A DNA stretch of 31,220 bases from positions 1-31,220 of IMG/VR virus record IMGVR_UViG_3300020395_000058. One strand, given 5' to 3'. Below, piece after piece: positions 7,712-19,600 of the stretch. This DNA is from a virus (taxonomy: Duplodnaviria > Caudoviricetes). The position numbers were made by a program, and so were the translations under genes. Numbering within the stretch: the first letter of the stretch is position 1; each line of letters begins with the position of its first letter. Below the pieces are notes generated by a model, which ran no database searches, was not told the origin of the DNA, and saw nothing but the letters and a program-made list of their open reading frames with translations.

Positions 7712-10700
7712 TATCCGTCAATTTTAAATGATCTCAATGCAATAGACCTAAAGTTTTTAATTCTTGGTGGTGTTGCTTGATTTGTAGAAGTCATAATAAT
7801 TTTAATCATAAATGCATTGAATTGTGTAGTATTTTCAGCAGTAAACTTATACTCACTAAATTCTCTTCTATTGTTATTTGAATTTACTTCTTTATCTGGT
7901 AAACCATTTGTATTGAATGGAATATAAGAAGTTGATTCGGATCCGTCTAGTCTATAGAGTTTATAGAAAGCACGAATATTTGCTCCCTTCTCTCTATGCC
8001 CATCCAATTGAACATACAGTGAATTTGATGTAAATTCAAGTGCAATCTTCTTAGTCTCATAAATTGCATTATTTGGATCCATTCCAGCAACCCTTGGTCT
8101 ACTATCCGTTACCCAATTATTATCAGAAATTGGTTGATCTACAAGATTGCTCATTGTAATAATATTTGCTGTTTCTAAATCAACAATAGGAGAAACATCT
8201 TCTTTATCAGTTGCTAATGTCATCTCAAGAGCAAATGATCTTTGATTTTTAAGTATTCCAAATTCATTAACTTTAGAAGCAACAATTCTTGGAGTATCTA
8301 AGTAATTTAATTTATTGAGAGCAACATTTTCATATCCTTTATCAATAAATGAAGCTTCATTGCCACTTATACTTGTTCCAGAAGTTGTTTTAATCCTAGA
8401 AGTAATACTTGTACCAGTTGGAGTAATCGTACTTATTCTTGGATCAATAACTTCAAATGGAACGTTTTGAGATACTTGAAGAACATCACCACCACCAGAT
8501 TTTGTTATATTGAATGATTTACTATTATCTGTAATCCTAACATAATAACTATCAAATGTTTTTTCTCTAGGGTCAATGTCATGTTCTCCATTAATCTTCC
8601 TTAAAGAAACACCATTAAATTCATACTTATGAACAAAAGCATTTGCTGCATGATTAGATTTTAAACTAGAATCAATTGATCTAGTATTAATAGTAATATC
8701 ATTTCCAGAAATGCTATTATAAGAAATAATTTCTTTATCTACCTTTAAGTATCCTGTTTGACCTGCTCCAACCGCAGTTCCTTCAAAAGTAGCAAATGCA
8801 GCACCATCAGCAACAGTTAATGTTGTTGAATCATTATCGACATTTGCTGATAAAGTTGTTGGAGTAATATCACTTGCAAAATCTACAATTTTAACTTTAT
8901 TTTGACTTGAATGCATACCATGATTTCTATGATCAAACTTCAACGTATATCCATCTCTGAATGTATCAGAAGCAACTCCACTAATATCAGAATTAGAAAT
9001 GGTACTACGAGCACCACTACCATCAACATAAGTTAAATCTGCATTATCTACAAATTTATTATTAACTTCATCCATAACAAGATAATTTGTTAAAGTGGAG
9101 ATAGCAACAACTGTTCTTACACCAGAACCTTCGGCACCTAGATTGTTCATAAGAAGAGAATCACCAGCAACATATCCACTACCACCAGCCGTTATATCAA
9201 TAGATGTGATTGCATTAGAAGCAACAGTTACTGTTGCTTGTGCTCCTGTTCCATCTCCAGTAAGAGAACTAAATCCAATTCCAGTATAAGCAAAATCAGT
9301 CAAACCAATACCAGTATTTGGTACTAATGTCATAGTAGTTGTACCAAGACTTACTGGTCCACCTGCTTTAACGAGTCTTCCAGTATTACTTCCTTGGAAG
9401 AACTCATGTCCTTCAGCGTAAGTTTTAGTAGTTGTTGCTATCGATACTGCTGCTCTATTTGAATATCCAACAACTGGATTTCTTTTTCTAATTTTACCTA
9501 AAGGTAACTCCGTATTATAGAAAATAACACTAGAAGGAGTATTAGTTACAAACTTTGCTTTATTGAGTTTAAACTTAAGATCTTCATACTGACTTGGAGT
9601 CCATGTTGAACTATTCTGTGATTTAAATAGTGAACCTAAGTATGGTTGTCTATTACTTACAGACTGAAGAATTAAATCCTCTTCTCCCATCCTAGTAATA
9701 AATGTTAGATACTTTTCTGTAGGAGCAATTAATACTATTGCATACTCATATCCAGATTGCAAATACACTGGTGTCTCAAATTTAAAATTAGTAACAGCAC
9801 TACCATCATCTGATAGATTGACATCAGCTGAATCTATTTGAGTTTGACCAAATGGAACAATAGTTGTAGTTGGAGTTCCATTTCTCATAGTTCTTAACTG
9901 AACTGTTACTGGAGCAGTATTATCTTTCTTCTTAAAGAATAAATCTCCACCAGTTATGAATATTCCATCTTGGAATCTATCTCTTTCTACTAGGAATGAT
10001 TGTGCAAGTGGATCATACCATCCAGTATCATGAACATCTGTTCTAACTTGATCCTCAAGAAGATTATCAGTAATTCTAGTTACAGGTTGATCAGAACCTA
10101 CTTGTTTCCGTTCAATGTGAGCAGATTTAATGGCTAAAGTTTGCTCAGTTGTATTTTGAGCATGTCCAGTAGCAAGATAATTTGCTTCTGCAGAACTTTC
10201 ACCTGGATCTAGAACTGCTGCATTTGTTGCACTAGATGTTAATCTAATTGTACTAGTACCTGTAAGGAACTTAGGATTACTTGCAATAGTAGGATCAGGA
10301 ATATGTAAAGAGAAAATCAAATCTCCTTTTTCATCACTTACCAACTTGAGTTCATCAATAGTACATTCTGCACTTCCTTGCATATTAACCAAAGTCATAC
10401 CCTGCTTAACCCAACCAAGATGATCAGGTGTAGTATGCATTGCAAGACCAGCAGTATCAACATTCAATACTGAACTTGTACTTGAATAACTTTCAGGAAG
10501 TGTAGTTCCAGGTAAAGGATATGGTAATATGGTTACTATATCCTCTGGTTCGTTAAACTTACCTTCTTTATGATTAGATGTTGCTGCTCTAAACCTAATA
10601 CCTGCAACTCCAGCACCTGCAGGAGTAGTACTGTCTACAATATCAGCTGGTGCAAATGATCCTCTCACCATTGTTATAGGTAACAATTTGGGAATAGCAT

Positions 10701-13700
10701 ACTTAGTCATGTCAACATTTTCCATGAAGACATAATATCTTGTATTTGGTTTTAATCGTTTACCAATAACCTCAACATTCCTCGATCTAACATTATACAG
10801 AACATCGACTCCGATAACTTTCTTACCAAGGTCTATGGTTTCTTGTCCAACAGTTAAATCAAAATTAAATGTCTTCTCAATTCCTGTTTCTTTAACAGTT
10901 TGTAAAATATCTTCATTAATAACAGTTGTAGTAATCTCTCTTCTTCCCCTTCCATGCATATGCTCCACATCTCTGGAAAGTACTTCGCTGTTTATAACTT
11001 CTTCATCAATTACTTCACTTCCAGTCCAAGTTTGCTCATGAGAATTCCAATAAGATGCTCCCATTCCACCATTTTCACGATCCTCAACACCAAGAAGATC
11101 TGCAATTGCATTAAATGGAGAGTCAATTCTGAATACTTCAGGAGATCCCAATGGAACTTCTTCAATCCAGAAATCAGATTCAGGATTAAGTGTAATTGTT
11201 CCTGCAAATAATGCAATATGGAATGGATTTAAATTCTCAGTTCTTGTTGCTAATGGTTGATTAAGGAACTCAACTTCATCAAACTTAAGACTAACCGCAG
11301 GACCATTTCTTGTAACATTAGCATCCGCAAAATCTTCTACCCAACGATAATCTGCAGTAGATGGACTTGCTAAAGTACTAACAGTCTCAAACATCAACTT
11401 AACATTTCTTTCAGCTGATCTCGGTCTCATTTCACCAGTTGCCATATCAATATCAAACTTAGACTCACCAGTCAAATTATGAGAAGCATGATTTCTAAAA
11501 TTATCTACAAAGAAACCAGACTTAAATTTATCTAATCCAGTATTAGGATCTTTGATTGACAAATTCTTAGTATCAGTTTCAAGGAGAGAAAGTGTAGTAT
11601 ATGTCTCAAGATTCTTAATTCTATTCTCAAGACCACCAATATCTTTCATGGTGTATCTCTTATGTGGAATCATTTTTACTGCACTTTCAGCAGTAGCATT
11701 ACGAATATATGGATCCAATGAAATCACAGCAATTTCCATTGCTTCATCATTTGGTAATGGTGTTTTTGGTCTATCAGCAGGACTCCCTTTCTTAACTTCA
11801 AATAATCCATCTTTTGTCAAATATAACCTATCAATTCTTCCTTGATAGTAACTATAGTCAACAACAACACTCTTATTAGAAACTACTGTTTCTGAAGTGG
11901 AAGTAGAAAAATCCCTACTTGCAAACGAGAATGGTGAAGTTCCACTACTTGTATTATATGCTGTAACCCTTGGCCTTAAATCAAGAAAATCAGATGCCCA
12001 ACTATCAATAACAAATGGTAATTCTGTTGAATAATCTAATCCAGTATAACTATTAACTGTTTCTAGAGTTCCAGTACCTTCATTATTTGTATAATGATCA
12101 TAAATTATTCTCAATCTTCTTGAAGGTGCTGCAATGCCTTTCTTCCTTACTATTCTTGAATAATCAGCAAATTCTTCTCTATGTCCATCATCCAACTTAT
12201 AGTTGTTAACTATATTTGTATCACCTTTAACTAAAGCAGAAATTGTTGCTAAAATTCCAGCAGTTTTTAATGTAAATGATTCACCAACTTCAAACGTATT
12301 TTCGTTTTCATAAACAAATTGCAACTGTGTACCACTGACAATAGACACTACACGACCAACGGCACCAGAAGTAGCACCTATAAACTCTTCACCAACAAGT
12401 ACGTTATTAGTAAATGTGTCAGATTGTGTTGATACTGATACAGATGGTAGATCAGGATCAGTTCCATCAGTAGATTCAAATATTCCTAATATTCTACTCA
12501 CATCTGGAACATTCAATGAAATCTCTTCATCTTGTACTCTCGTTCCGTAAACAGTATTTACAGTTAATCCATCATTTTTAGTAAAGGTTGTAATACCAGA
12601 TGAAGTATCATTTGATCTTGTAATAATAAGATTAGCACATCTTACTAAATCTTTATCCTTAGATGAAAGTTTACTTCTTCTTACGGAAGCAGTAAGAGTT
12701 GCTGTTCCTGTTTTTGAAAGAGTTTTAATTTCAAGTTCTTTAGAATTTGCACTAATTGTAACTTGAGACTCCCTAACTATTTCCTTTTCTCCAGTACTCC
12801 ATGTTAAAGTATAGTTTTGTTCTGTAAATGGTTCAAAGTATAGATCGGAATTATCAGAAAGAGCAGTTATCTGGAAAGTATGAGAAGCAACCGAACTAAT
12901 AGTAACATTAGTAAATTGTTTTCTTACAATATAAGAACTATCAAGAATATTAATCGACGACACATAATTATGTGGTAACTTCATTCTAAATCCAGGATTA
13001 TCACCTTGCTTAATAGAAGGGATAAGAATATCTACACCAGTTGGACTAGCACTAGACAAGACTCCACTACATACTCCATCAACATTGGATACTCCTTCGA
13101 TAGTAAGAGCAGTTTGATCGACATCTGTTACTCTATTGTATACAGGAAGTCCAGTGCTAAGATTATAAGATATTATATCACCAACTTTAACAAGTCCTCT
13201 AAAGTCTGATACACCACCACTTTGGACAGCACTTCCTGTAAAATTAAATTCAATTCCTTCGTTAAATGTACCCTTTCTACGATCTAATAATAAGTTAGCA
13301 GCAAAAGTAGAAGTTCCAGCACCAATACCAGCCTCACTATTAAGTGCTTTTATATCATCAAATGACCAATCAGTAACTTCAGTAATATTATTACCAGTAT
13401 CATTTCCATTAATTAAAATTGGTTCATTTAACTGGAATTGCCCAGTAACATCACTCATAACGAGTAATTGAGTATCCGTACTTGCAGCAGTTGCAAATCC
13501 AACAGATCCACTGTATTTTCCTTTAATCTGTGCGCTATTTGGCACAGATGCTATGGTTGCACCCAATGAGACCTTTGTGTGGGTCTGAATGTCATACAGA
13601 CGTGCCTCATGAGTGGTTGTAGAAACTCCAGATATACTCTTCTGATTAAAATCAAATACTCTTGCATGTCCAACAACAATAGAATCTCTATGTGCTTCTC

Positions 13701-14982
13701 CATTATCCTTACATCTTCTATCAAGTAATTTTACACTTGTAGAGAATCCAATAGTAGGTGAACCCCAAACATTCTCAAGATCAACGTAATTTCCAATTCT
13801 TATAGGAGTACTTGCATTCTCCTTTAACTTGGTCGTTCTTGGCTTAACGACATCAATAGACGAAGTAGATATTTTATCCACCTCATAACCCCTCACATAC
13901 GCCTTTCCTGGGGATACTTGAAGTGATAGTATATCATCTGATGGTGTATTTCCATTCTGAGTCTGTTGATTGGAGAAATATATTCCTCTATTTCCAACTC
14001 TATCATTTAACGATTCTCTTACATCAATAGAAAAAGGTTTAACGTAATAGTCTCCCGATTCATCATAAGTTCTTCTTGCAAGTTCATCTGCAATGATATT
14101 ATACTGTGTTCTAGTTACAATATTTCTTACAATACCGTTTTCAACACGCAATAATTCAATAAAGTCTAAATCATTCTTATCTGTGAGTGCTTTTTTGTGT
14201 AAAGTAGCAGAGATTTTAAATCTATCAGCACCAGGAGCAGCCTCATTAGAAAATCCTTTAGCATTATCATAAAGATCTGAATTGACAGATGATGCACGTA
14301 CTATTTCTTCATTAATGAGTAAACCAACCCTATAACTAGGTAAATTAGTATATTGGTCTAAAATTACAGTAGAATCTGGAACTTTAACGAAATATCCTCT
14401 AATAAAAAATATACCTTCACTAACAGAGAAAGAACATCCAGTTTTAGAAGCCTCAGATATAATACACCTAGCAAATGGACTATTAGCACCAATACTTGTA
14501 TTCAAAAATGAAACATCTGACAAAGTAATTAGATTTTCTCCGTCTTGGAATGTCTTAGTAACTCCATCACGTCCAGACTTTGAATATTTTACATATAATG
14601 TATCATAACCTGCAGTGGATTCGGATGTAGTTAATCTATTAACTACAGTTGCTCTTACTCCAGAAGTTTCTCCTTCTATTTCTATATTATTATCTACCAG
14701 GAATTTTGTATAATTAAAAACTGGTATATTAAGAAAATTTGGATCTATCCTTACCGCAAAATAACTATCATCATAAAATGTCCCACCAGGAATTACTATA
14801 GAACCTTCCTTGAAGAAATGTTGACCAAATCTTTCTATCTGATTCTGAAGGATTGATTGTAGAGTTGTTAATTCTCTCGCTTGAAGTGGAAATCCAGGTT
14901 TGAATAGAACTTTATTATAGTTCTTATCTTCATTGAAATCATCAAAATATGGAGAGACATTTAAATTAGTATTCTGTGTCAT
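7711..14982 (-). CDS. vrlC: Large virion structural protein, VrlC/DUF4815-like (2423 aa)
   Basis: N-terminal NLNVSPYFDDF...VLFKPG.PLQARELTTLQSILQNQIE.FG.H.FKEGS, APGADRFKI, LARRTYDESGDY, KRYTMKDIG.LE.RI..LE.YTTLSLLE, FKSGFFVDNF, DPLAQSF; follows g8 as in cyanomyoviruses. Confidence 0.88.
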   Translation of the reverse strand: MTQNTNLNVSPYFDDFNEDKNYNKVLFKPGFPLQARELTTLQSILQNQIERFGQHFFKEGSIVIPGGTFYDDSYFAVRIDPNFLNIPVFNYTKFLVDNNIEIEGETSGVRATVVNRLTTSESTAGYDTLYVKYSKSGRDGVTKTFQDGENLITLSDVSFLNTSIGANSPFARCIISEASKTGCSFSVSEGIFFIRGYFVKVPDSTVILDQYTNLPSYRVGLLINEEIVRASSVNSDLYDNAKGFSNEAAPGADRFKISATLHKKALTDKNDLDFIELLRVENGIVRNIVTRTQYNIIADELARRTYDESGDYYVKPFSIDVRESLNDRVGNRGIYFSNQQTQNGNTPSDDILSLQVSPGKAYVRGYEVDKISTSSIDVVKPRTTKLKENASTPIRIGNYVDLENVWGSPTIGFSTSVKLLDRRCKDNGEAHRDSIVVGHARVFDFNQKSISGVSTTTHEARLYDIQTHTKVSLGATIASVPNSAQIKGKYSGSVGFATAASTDTQLLVMSDVTGQFQLNEPILINGNDTGNNITEVTDWSFDDIKALNSEAGIGAGTSTFAANLLLDRRKGTFNEGIEFNFTGSAVQSGGVSDFRGLVKVGDIISYNLSTGLPVYNRVTDVDQTALTIEGVSNVDGVCSGVLSSASPTGVDILIPSIKQGDNPGFRMKLPHNYVSSINILDSSYIVRKQFTNVTISSVASHTFQITALSDNSDLYFEPFTEQNYTLTWSTGEKEIVRESQVTISANSKELEIKTLSKTGTATLTASVRRSKLSSKDKDLVRCANLIITRSNDTSSGITTFTKNDGLTVNTVYGTRVQDEEISLNVPDVSRILGIFESTDGTDPDLPSVSVSTQSDTFTNNVLVGEEFIGATSGAVGRVVSIVSGTQLQFVYENENTFEVGESFTLKTAGILATISALVKGDTNIVNNYKLDDGHREEFADYSRIVRKKGIAAPSRRLRIIYDHYTNNEGTGTLETVNSYTGLDYSTELPFVIDSWASDFLDLRPRVTAYNTSSGTSPFSFASRDFSTSTSETVVSNKSVVVDYSYYQGRIDRLYLTKDGLFEVKKGSPADRPKTPLPNDEAMEIAVISLDPYIRNATAESAVKMIPHKRYTMKDIGGLENRIKNLETYTTLSLLETDTKNLSIKDPNTGLDKFKSGFFVDNFRNHASHNLTGESKFDIDMATGEMRPRSAERNVKLMFETVSTLASPSTADYRWVEDFADANVTRNGPAVSLKFDEVEFLNQPLATRTENLNPFHIALFAGTITLNPESDFWIEEVPLGSPEVFRIDSPFNAIADLLGVEDRENGGMGASYWNSHEQTWTGSEVIDEEVINSEVLSRDVEHMHGRGRREITTTVINEDILQTVKETGIEKTFNFDLTVGQETIDLGKKVIGVDVLYNVRSRNVEVIGKRLKPNTRYYVFMENVDMTKYAIPKLLPITMVRGSFAPADIVDSTTPAGAGVAGIRFRAATSNHKEGKFNEPEDIVTILPYPLPGTTLPESYSSTSSVLNVDTAGLAMHTTPDHLGWVKQGMTLVNMQGSAECTIDELKLVSDEKGDLIFSLHIPDPTIASNPKFLTGTSTIRLTSSATNAAVLDPGESSAEANYLATGHAQNTTEQTLAIKSAHIERKQVGSDQPVTRITDNLLEDQVRTDVHDTGWYDPLAQSFLVERDRFQDGIFITGGDLFFKKKDNTAPVTVQLRTMRNGTPTTTIVPFGQTQIDSADVNLSDDGSAVTNFKFETPVYLQSGYEYAIVLIAPTEKYLTFITRMGEEDLILQSVSNRQPYLGSLFKSQNSSTWTPSQYEDLKFKLNKAKFVTNTPSSVIFYNTELPLGKIRKRNPVVGYSNRAAVSIATTTKTYAEGHEFFQGSNTGRLVKAGGPVSLGTTTMTLVPNTGIGLTDFAYTGIGFSSLTGDGTGAQATVTVASNAITSIDITAGGSGYVAGDSLLMNNLGAEGSGVRTVVAISTLTNYLVMDEVNNKFVDNADLTYVDGSGARSTISNSDISGVASDTFRDGYTLKFDHRNHGMHSSQNKVKIVDFASDITPTTLSANVDNDSTTLTVADGAAFATFEGTAVGAGQTGYLKVDKEIISYNSISGNDITINTRSIDSSLKSNHAANAFVHKYEFNGVSLRKINGEHDIDPREKTFDSYYVRITDNSKSFNITKSGGGDVLQVSQNVPFEVIDPRISTITPTGTSITSRIKTTSGTSISGNEASFIDKGYENVALNKLNYLDTPRIVASKVNEFGILKNQRSFALEMTLATDKEDVSPIVDLETANIITMSNLVDQPISDNNWVTDSRPRVAGMDPNNAIYETKKIALEFTSNSLYVQLDGHREKGANIRAFYKLYRLDGSESTSYIPFNTNGLPDKEVNSNNNRREFSEYKFTAENTTQFNAFMIKIIMTSTNQATPPRIKNFRSIALRSFKIDG

Positions 14983-14985
14983 TTT

Positions 14986-16578
14986 TTAGAACTCTACTAC
15001 GATTTTTACTTCTTCTTTCTGTGAAGAAGACCTGGTGACTGACGACCTATTATCAATATAGATTATATCTCCAGAATATTTTTTAACGTCTGGGGGTGCT
15101 TTACCGTCAACAAAGGTTTGTCCTAGATCAACATCCTTTCCACCAACTTTGATAGAACTTACATTATCAAAAGTAATATCAGGCCAAAGATTTCCACCAG
15201 TACCACCACTAACTGTTGCTGCCATTCCAACAAAATCTAATTTCTTGTAAGAATATTCAGATAAAGTTGAAAAACCAACTGGTTGATAATATCTTAAAAT
15301 TCCAGTATCTGGATTCCAAGAAGCAACATAACCAACTGCTGTAGAACCAACTCCAACTGTTTGAGTAATTTGAGCATTCTTGATAAATGTAACATCATCA
15401 GTTCTCGCTGTACCAGGAGAAGGTGCAAGTTTCAATGCGCCAAGATTAGTGGCAGTCGTACTATTTAGTAGCTGTGTTCCACCATATACAAGAGGATTTT
15501 TAACTAATCCAACACGAGAAAAATCATTACCAACAACATAATCTGGAGCATCTGCAACATTATTATCATACTTAGAATATATCATAACCTTATAACCACC
15601 AAGTTCACGATATATGTCTGAACCATGTCCACCTTTTGGTGGAATTATAACTTCAAATTCTCCACCAGAACCACCTGACACTTGTTTATTGTCACCACCT
15701 GCTACTTTATCTTCAAATCTAACTACTCCATAGGTATAACCACTTCCACCTGCTACCATTTCAACACTCTCAATAGAACCACTATTAAGTTTTACTTGAA
15801 CTTGACCACCAGATCCATCGCCAACAATAGGTATATTTGAAATAGTTCCACTTGAATCATTTGTACCAGATTCTTTAACAGCATATCCACTACCAATTTT
15901 TTTAAGTACAACTGATTCAATCTTTCCATCTACTGCAGCATTCTTAATTGTTGCCGTTGTTGTATCACCCCATTGTTTGGGAAGAGGAATATACTTATTA
16001 GTAGCAAATTTAACTATATCCGAAGGAGGAATTGTAAAAAGATACTTCCACCAATATCCATCAGATCCATTTCCTGCTTGTTGCCTTGCGGTATCTACAA
16101 AATTTGGTTCATATTGTGATTTTTGTCCAAGTGGAAAATCTATATTAGCTCCATTATCTAAGCAAAGGTAAACTTTATACTCCGAATTAACAACATAATA
16201 ATTTGATTCATATAATGTTGAAAATTTTGTTTGTGGTGTTTTATTATCAATTTCATAGTTATTCCGATACATGTCATAAGTTGTACCAGATTGCCAATCA
16301 ACTCTCTTAACCACCCTTCTTACATCATTTTCAGTTACCTTCTTCAAAAAGAGCATACTATCATAGTATAGATTTTCTTGATCGAAGTTATCTTTAGGGT
16401 CAGGAATCCTAGTATCCCAATTAGCATCTCCATATTTTGGAACATTAATGTTCTTAGGATTAGGATGACCTAAAAATGTGTAATAGTTATTATTACCTGT
16501 GGTACCAATACCTACAAAACTGTCAACGAACGTTTCAGCATTCAGTATTCTGTATTGGTCAGTTATTATTGCTGGCAT
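14986..16578 (-). CDS. g8: Baseplate wedge subunit gp8
   Basis: AIITDQYRILNA, VRRVVKRVDWQSGTTYDMYR, YYVVNSEYKVYLCLDN, DGYWWKYLFTI, PKGGHG.D, SGDIIYIDNR...R...QKEEVKIVVEF. Confidence 0.95.
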   Translation of the reverse strand: MPAIITDQYRILNAETFVDSFVGIGTTGNNNYYTFLGHPNPKNINVPKYGDANWDTRIPDPKDNFDQENLYYDSMLFLKKVTENDVRRVVKRVDWQSGTTYDMYRNNYEIDNKTPQTKFSTLYESNYYVVNSEYKVYLCLDNGANIDFPLGQKSQYEPNFVDTARQQAGNGSDGYWWKYLFTIPPSDIVKFATNKYIPLPKQWGDTTTATIKNAAVDGKIESVVLKKIGSGYAVKESGTNDSSGTISNIPIVGDGSGGQVQVKLNSGSIESVEMVAGGSGYTYGVVRFEDKVAGGDNKQVSGGSGGEFEVIIPPKGGHGSDIYRELGGYKVMIYSKYDNNVADAPDYVVGNDFSRVGLVKNPLVYGGTQLLNSTTATNLGALKLAPSPGTARTDDVTFIKNAQITQTVGVGSTAVGYVASWNPDTGILRYYQPVGFSTLSEYSYKKLDFVGMAATVSGGTGGNLWPDITFDNVSSIKVGGKDVDLGQTFVDGKAPPDVKKYSGDIIYIDNRSSVTRSSSQKEEVKIVVEF

Positions 16579-16596
16579 TGCTAGTGTTTTTTTGAA

Positions 16597-16604
16597 TATT
16601 TATA
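16597..16604 (-). promoter_or_regulatory. T4 late promoter TATAAATA
   Basis: Exact consensus in the g7-g8 gap, 18 nt upstream of the g8 ATG. Confidence 0.85.
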
Positions 16605-16609
16605 CCAGT

Positions 16610-19600
16610 TTAAGTATACTTAACTTTTAATTGAATATCTCGTATAACTTGAGCAGAAGTTTGGATTCCAATTAAACCATTCTGATTATGGAATGTGTAT
16701 GATTTTGAACCAGACCCTCTACTACCAGTCAGAGAACCCCAACTATATGATCCACATCTCACAATATCTGATATTATAGATGTATCTATACCAGATAAAG
16801 AAGTAATATTAGCAAAGACTCTAAGAGTTGTTGCTCCCATACCAACTACATCAGCTGCATAATAAACATTATCTAAGAAAGTATTTCCAACTGAAACTAC
16901 TTCACTTGTGTGTGTAACAATACCAGTTACTCCAGGTCCAATATGAGTATCTCTTATTGTGAAATATCCACCAGTACCAATTCCTGGTATTTTAAGTTGA
17001 TTAGCATTAGGAACATCTGCAAATATTTCAGAAGCAACTTTAAGATCAAAATAAAGTGCAGGTGAAGTAGTAGTACCTATCCCTACTGCGCTTGTTCCAA
17101 TTCCAACAACTGCACCATAATCACCAGTATAAGCAACCTTTTCAATTACTTCAGAATTTGCAATTGTTCCCAATCCAACTATCCTAACATTATTAACATC
17201 TTGATCTAATTCATCTACATGATTAAATAACCAAGAATCTTCAATCCATATTGTACTATCACTATTGGAAACTGATTTAATAATTCCAGAAGTTGGATAT
17301 ATTTGTGGTTCTAAGTAATTTCTTTCCTTAGAAATTTTTACACCATCAATAATCATATCATTTGTCTGCTTTCTCCACATTGTTGGTCTTCTTGCAGCAG
17401 GATCAGTTACAATACCAATACCAGAATATGTTTGTGTTTCTACAGTATCAGCAGCAATTAATTCATAAATTATTCTATTATCCTGTTCTGGAATTCTTCC
17501 ATCAGTTATAGTGTTAATTCCAGCTTGAAGTTTCAATTCATCACCTGGTTTGACAGTTTCATCAACATCAACTTCAGCATAATCTAAATCAGAACCAGCA
17601 TATAGATAGAATTTAAATTTGCTTCCAGGTTTTGGTGCTTCCTTAAATGTTATTCTTGTTCCCCCATTAAATTCATAATCCCTATCAGGTATTTGTAAGA
17701 TATCATTTAAGAATAAGAACAAATTATTTGCAAGAATAATTCCAGAACCTTCTTTTGCAACAACACTATAATACTCCTTACCAGCAGCACCTGTACGAGT
17801 AATTAAGAATGCTTTTCTATATCCATTAAACAAATTACTAAAATCATCCAATTCAATTAATTCACCAAAACACCAACCAGCAAATTTATCTTGATATTTG
17901 TTCCTGATTGTTATATTAAATCTACTTGTAGCAATACCTGCTTGGAATGGAAGATTAATTATTTGTAATTGTTCACCAATTTCATAACCTATACCACGAT
18001 TAGAAAGTTTGAAATCAACTATACTACCACCAGTTCCAACAACAACATCAACAGCAGCACCTGATCCACTTCCACCAGATAATGGAATATTTTTATATGG
18101 TTTTGGTGAATCAACCACAGCAAAACCAGTAGAACCACCTATACCAGTTGATGTATAACCTGTTCCAGCATTTGTTATATTAACCCAAGAAACTGATCCA
18201 TCTGTTATATGTGTAGTAAGAACTGCATCATCACCAGAACCAACCCCAACAAAAACTGTAACGGTATCTTCACTAGTTGCTAAAATAGCAGTTGCAACAC
18301 CAGCAACAGGGTCAGTTGCTCTTGGATAAGTGTGATTTGTAGTATAATTATCCCTAGAACAACTCATTGTTATAGAGTTATTAGTAAACTGAACAGTATT
18401 TGAGGTAGTAAGAGTATGACCTGGTATTGTTAATACCATCATACCAGTTGTTGATGTATATTCCGCATTTGTTGGTGTTAATGATCCATTTACTGCATTA
18501 TTTGCTGCAGATACAAAACTATGAGAAAAATGCCTATCAGTAGAAGCAATGGAAACCATTGGAGCAGTAAGATATCCAGAACCACCAGTTAATATTCCTA
18601 CTGTAGAAATTGTTCCTGTATTGCTATTAATAACGACATCCAAAAGTGCTCGTCTAGGTAATTGATATCCACTACCTATTCCAACATCAAACTCATTAAT
18701 TATACCACCTTTAGGAAGATCCTTATTTGCAGATGTTCCAGTAAAATCAATTGTCTTGCCAGTACCAACTAATGAATAATCTGAACTCGATTCTCCACTA
18801 AGTTCATCTACATCTGGTCTTTGGAAGATATTGTTAACTAATACCATACCAAAACTACTGGTTATTCCAGACATTTCTGCACCATTAGTAGTCAAATCAA
18901 ATTTATCAGTTGCACCATCAAAACGATCAGATATATCATCCATTATTTTATTGGAAATATAATCCAATCTATAGTATGATCTTCCAGCAAACGTGGATTG
19001 ACTCGTCAATGATCCAATACCAGCAGGGCCATAAGGAGCATCAGAAAAATAGATATTACCATCTTCTATCTTATAATCACCTTTAATGACAGTTACTGCT
19101 GCACCAACAGTATGTGCTGCAGCAACGGTTCCCATCTGTCCTCTAAGGACATCTAATTCTCTTGCAGACCCAACACCAACTAAACTAACTTTAAATATTT
19201 CCTGATCGATATTAATTAAAGATTTACCAGAAATATCAGCAACACTATTCAAATAAACAAAATTAGTATTAATACCAATTGGTCCAGTTAAATTAACATT
19301 AATTGCAGTAGTTATTGCAATTGGACTTTGAATAATGTTATCAACAGTTATTACACTTCTAATTGAAGCATCTTCAGTAGGAACTTGCAAATTGTGTATA
19401 GTTCCAATACCACTAACTGTAGTAAATGTAACAGCAGTACCAGCAGTAGCAAAAGTACGAGCAACCGCTACCTGAAACTTATCATCTGTTACCTTAATTG
19501 CATAAACATCTGTTGGTAATATATTTGTTGATCCAACTCCTGGAACAGTTGTTGTATCGATACCAATTGGTCCAGTATGTTGGGTATAACGTAAACGTTC

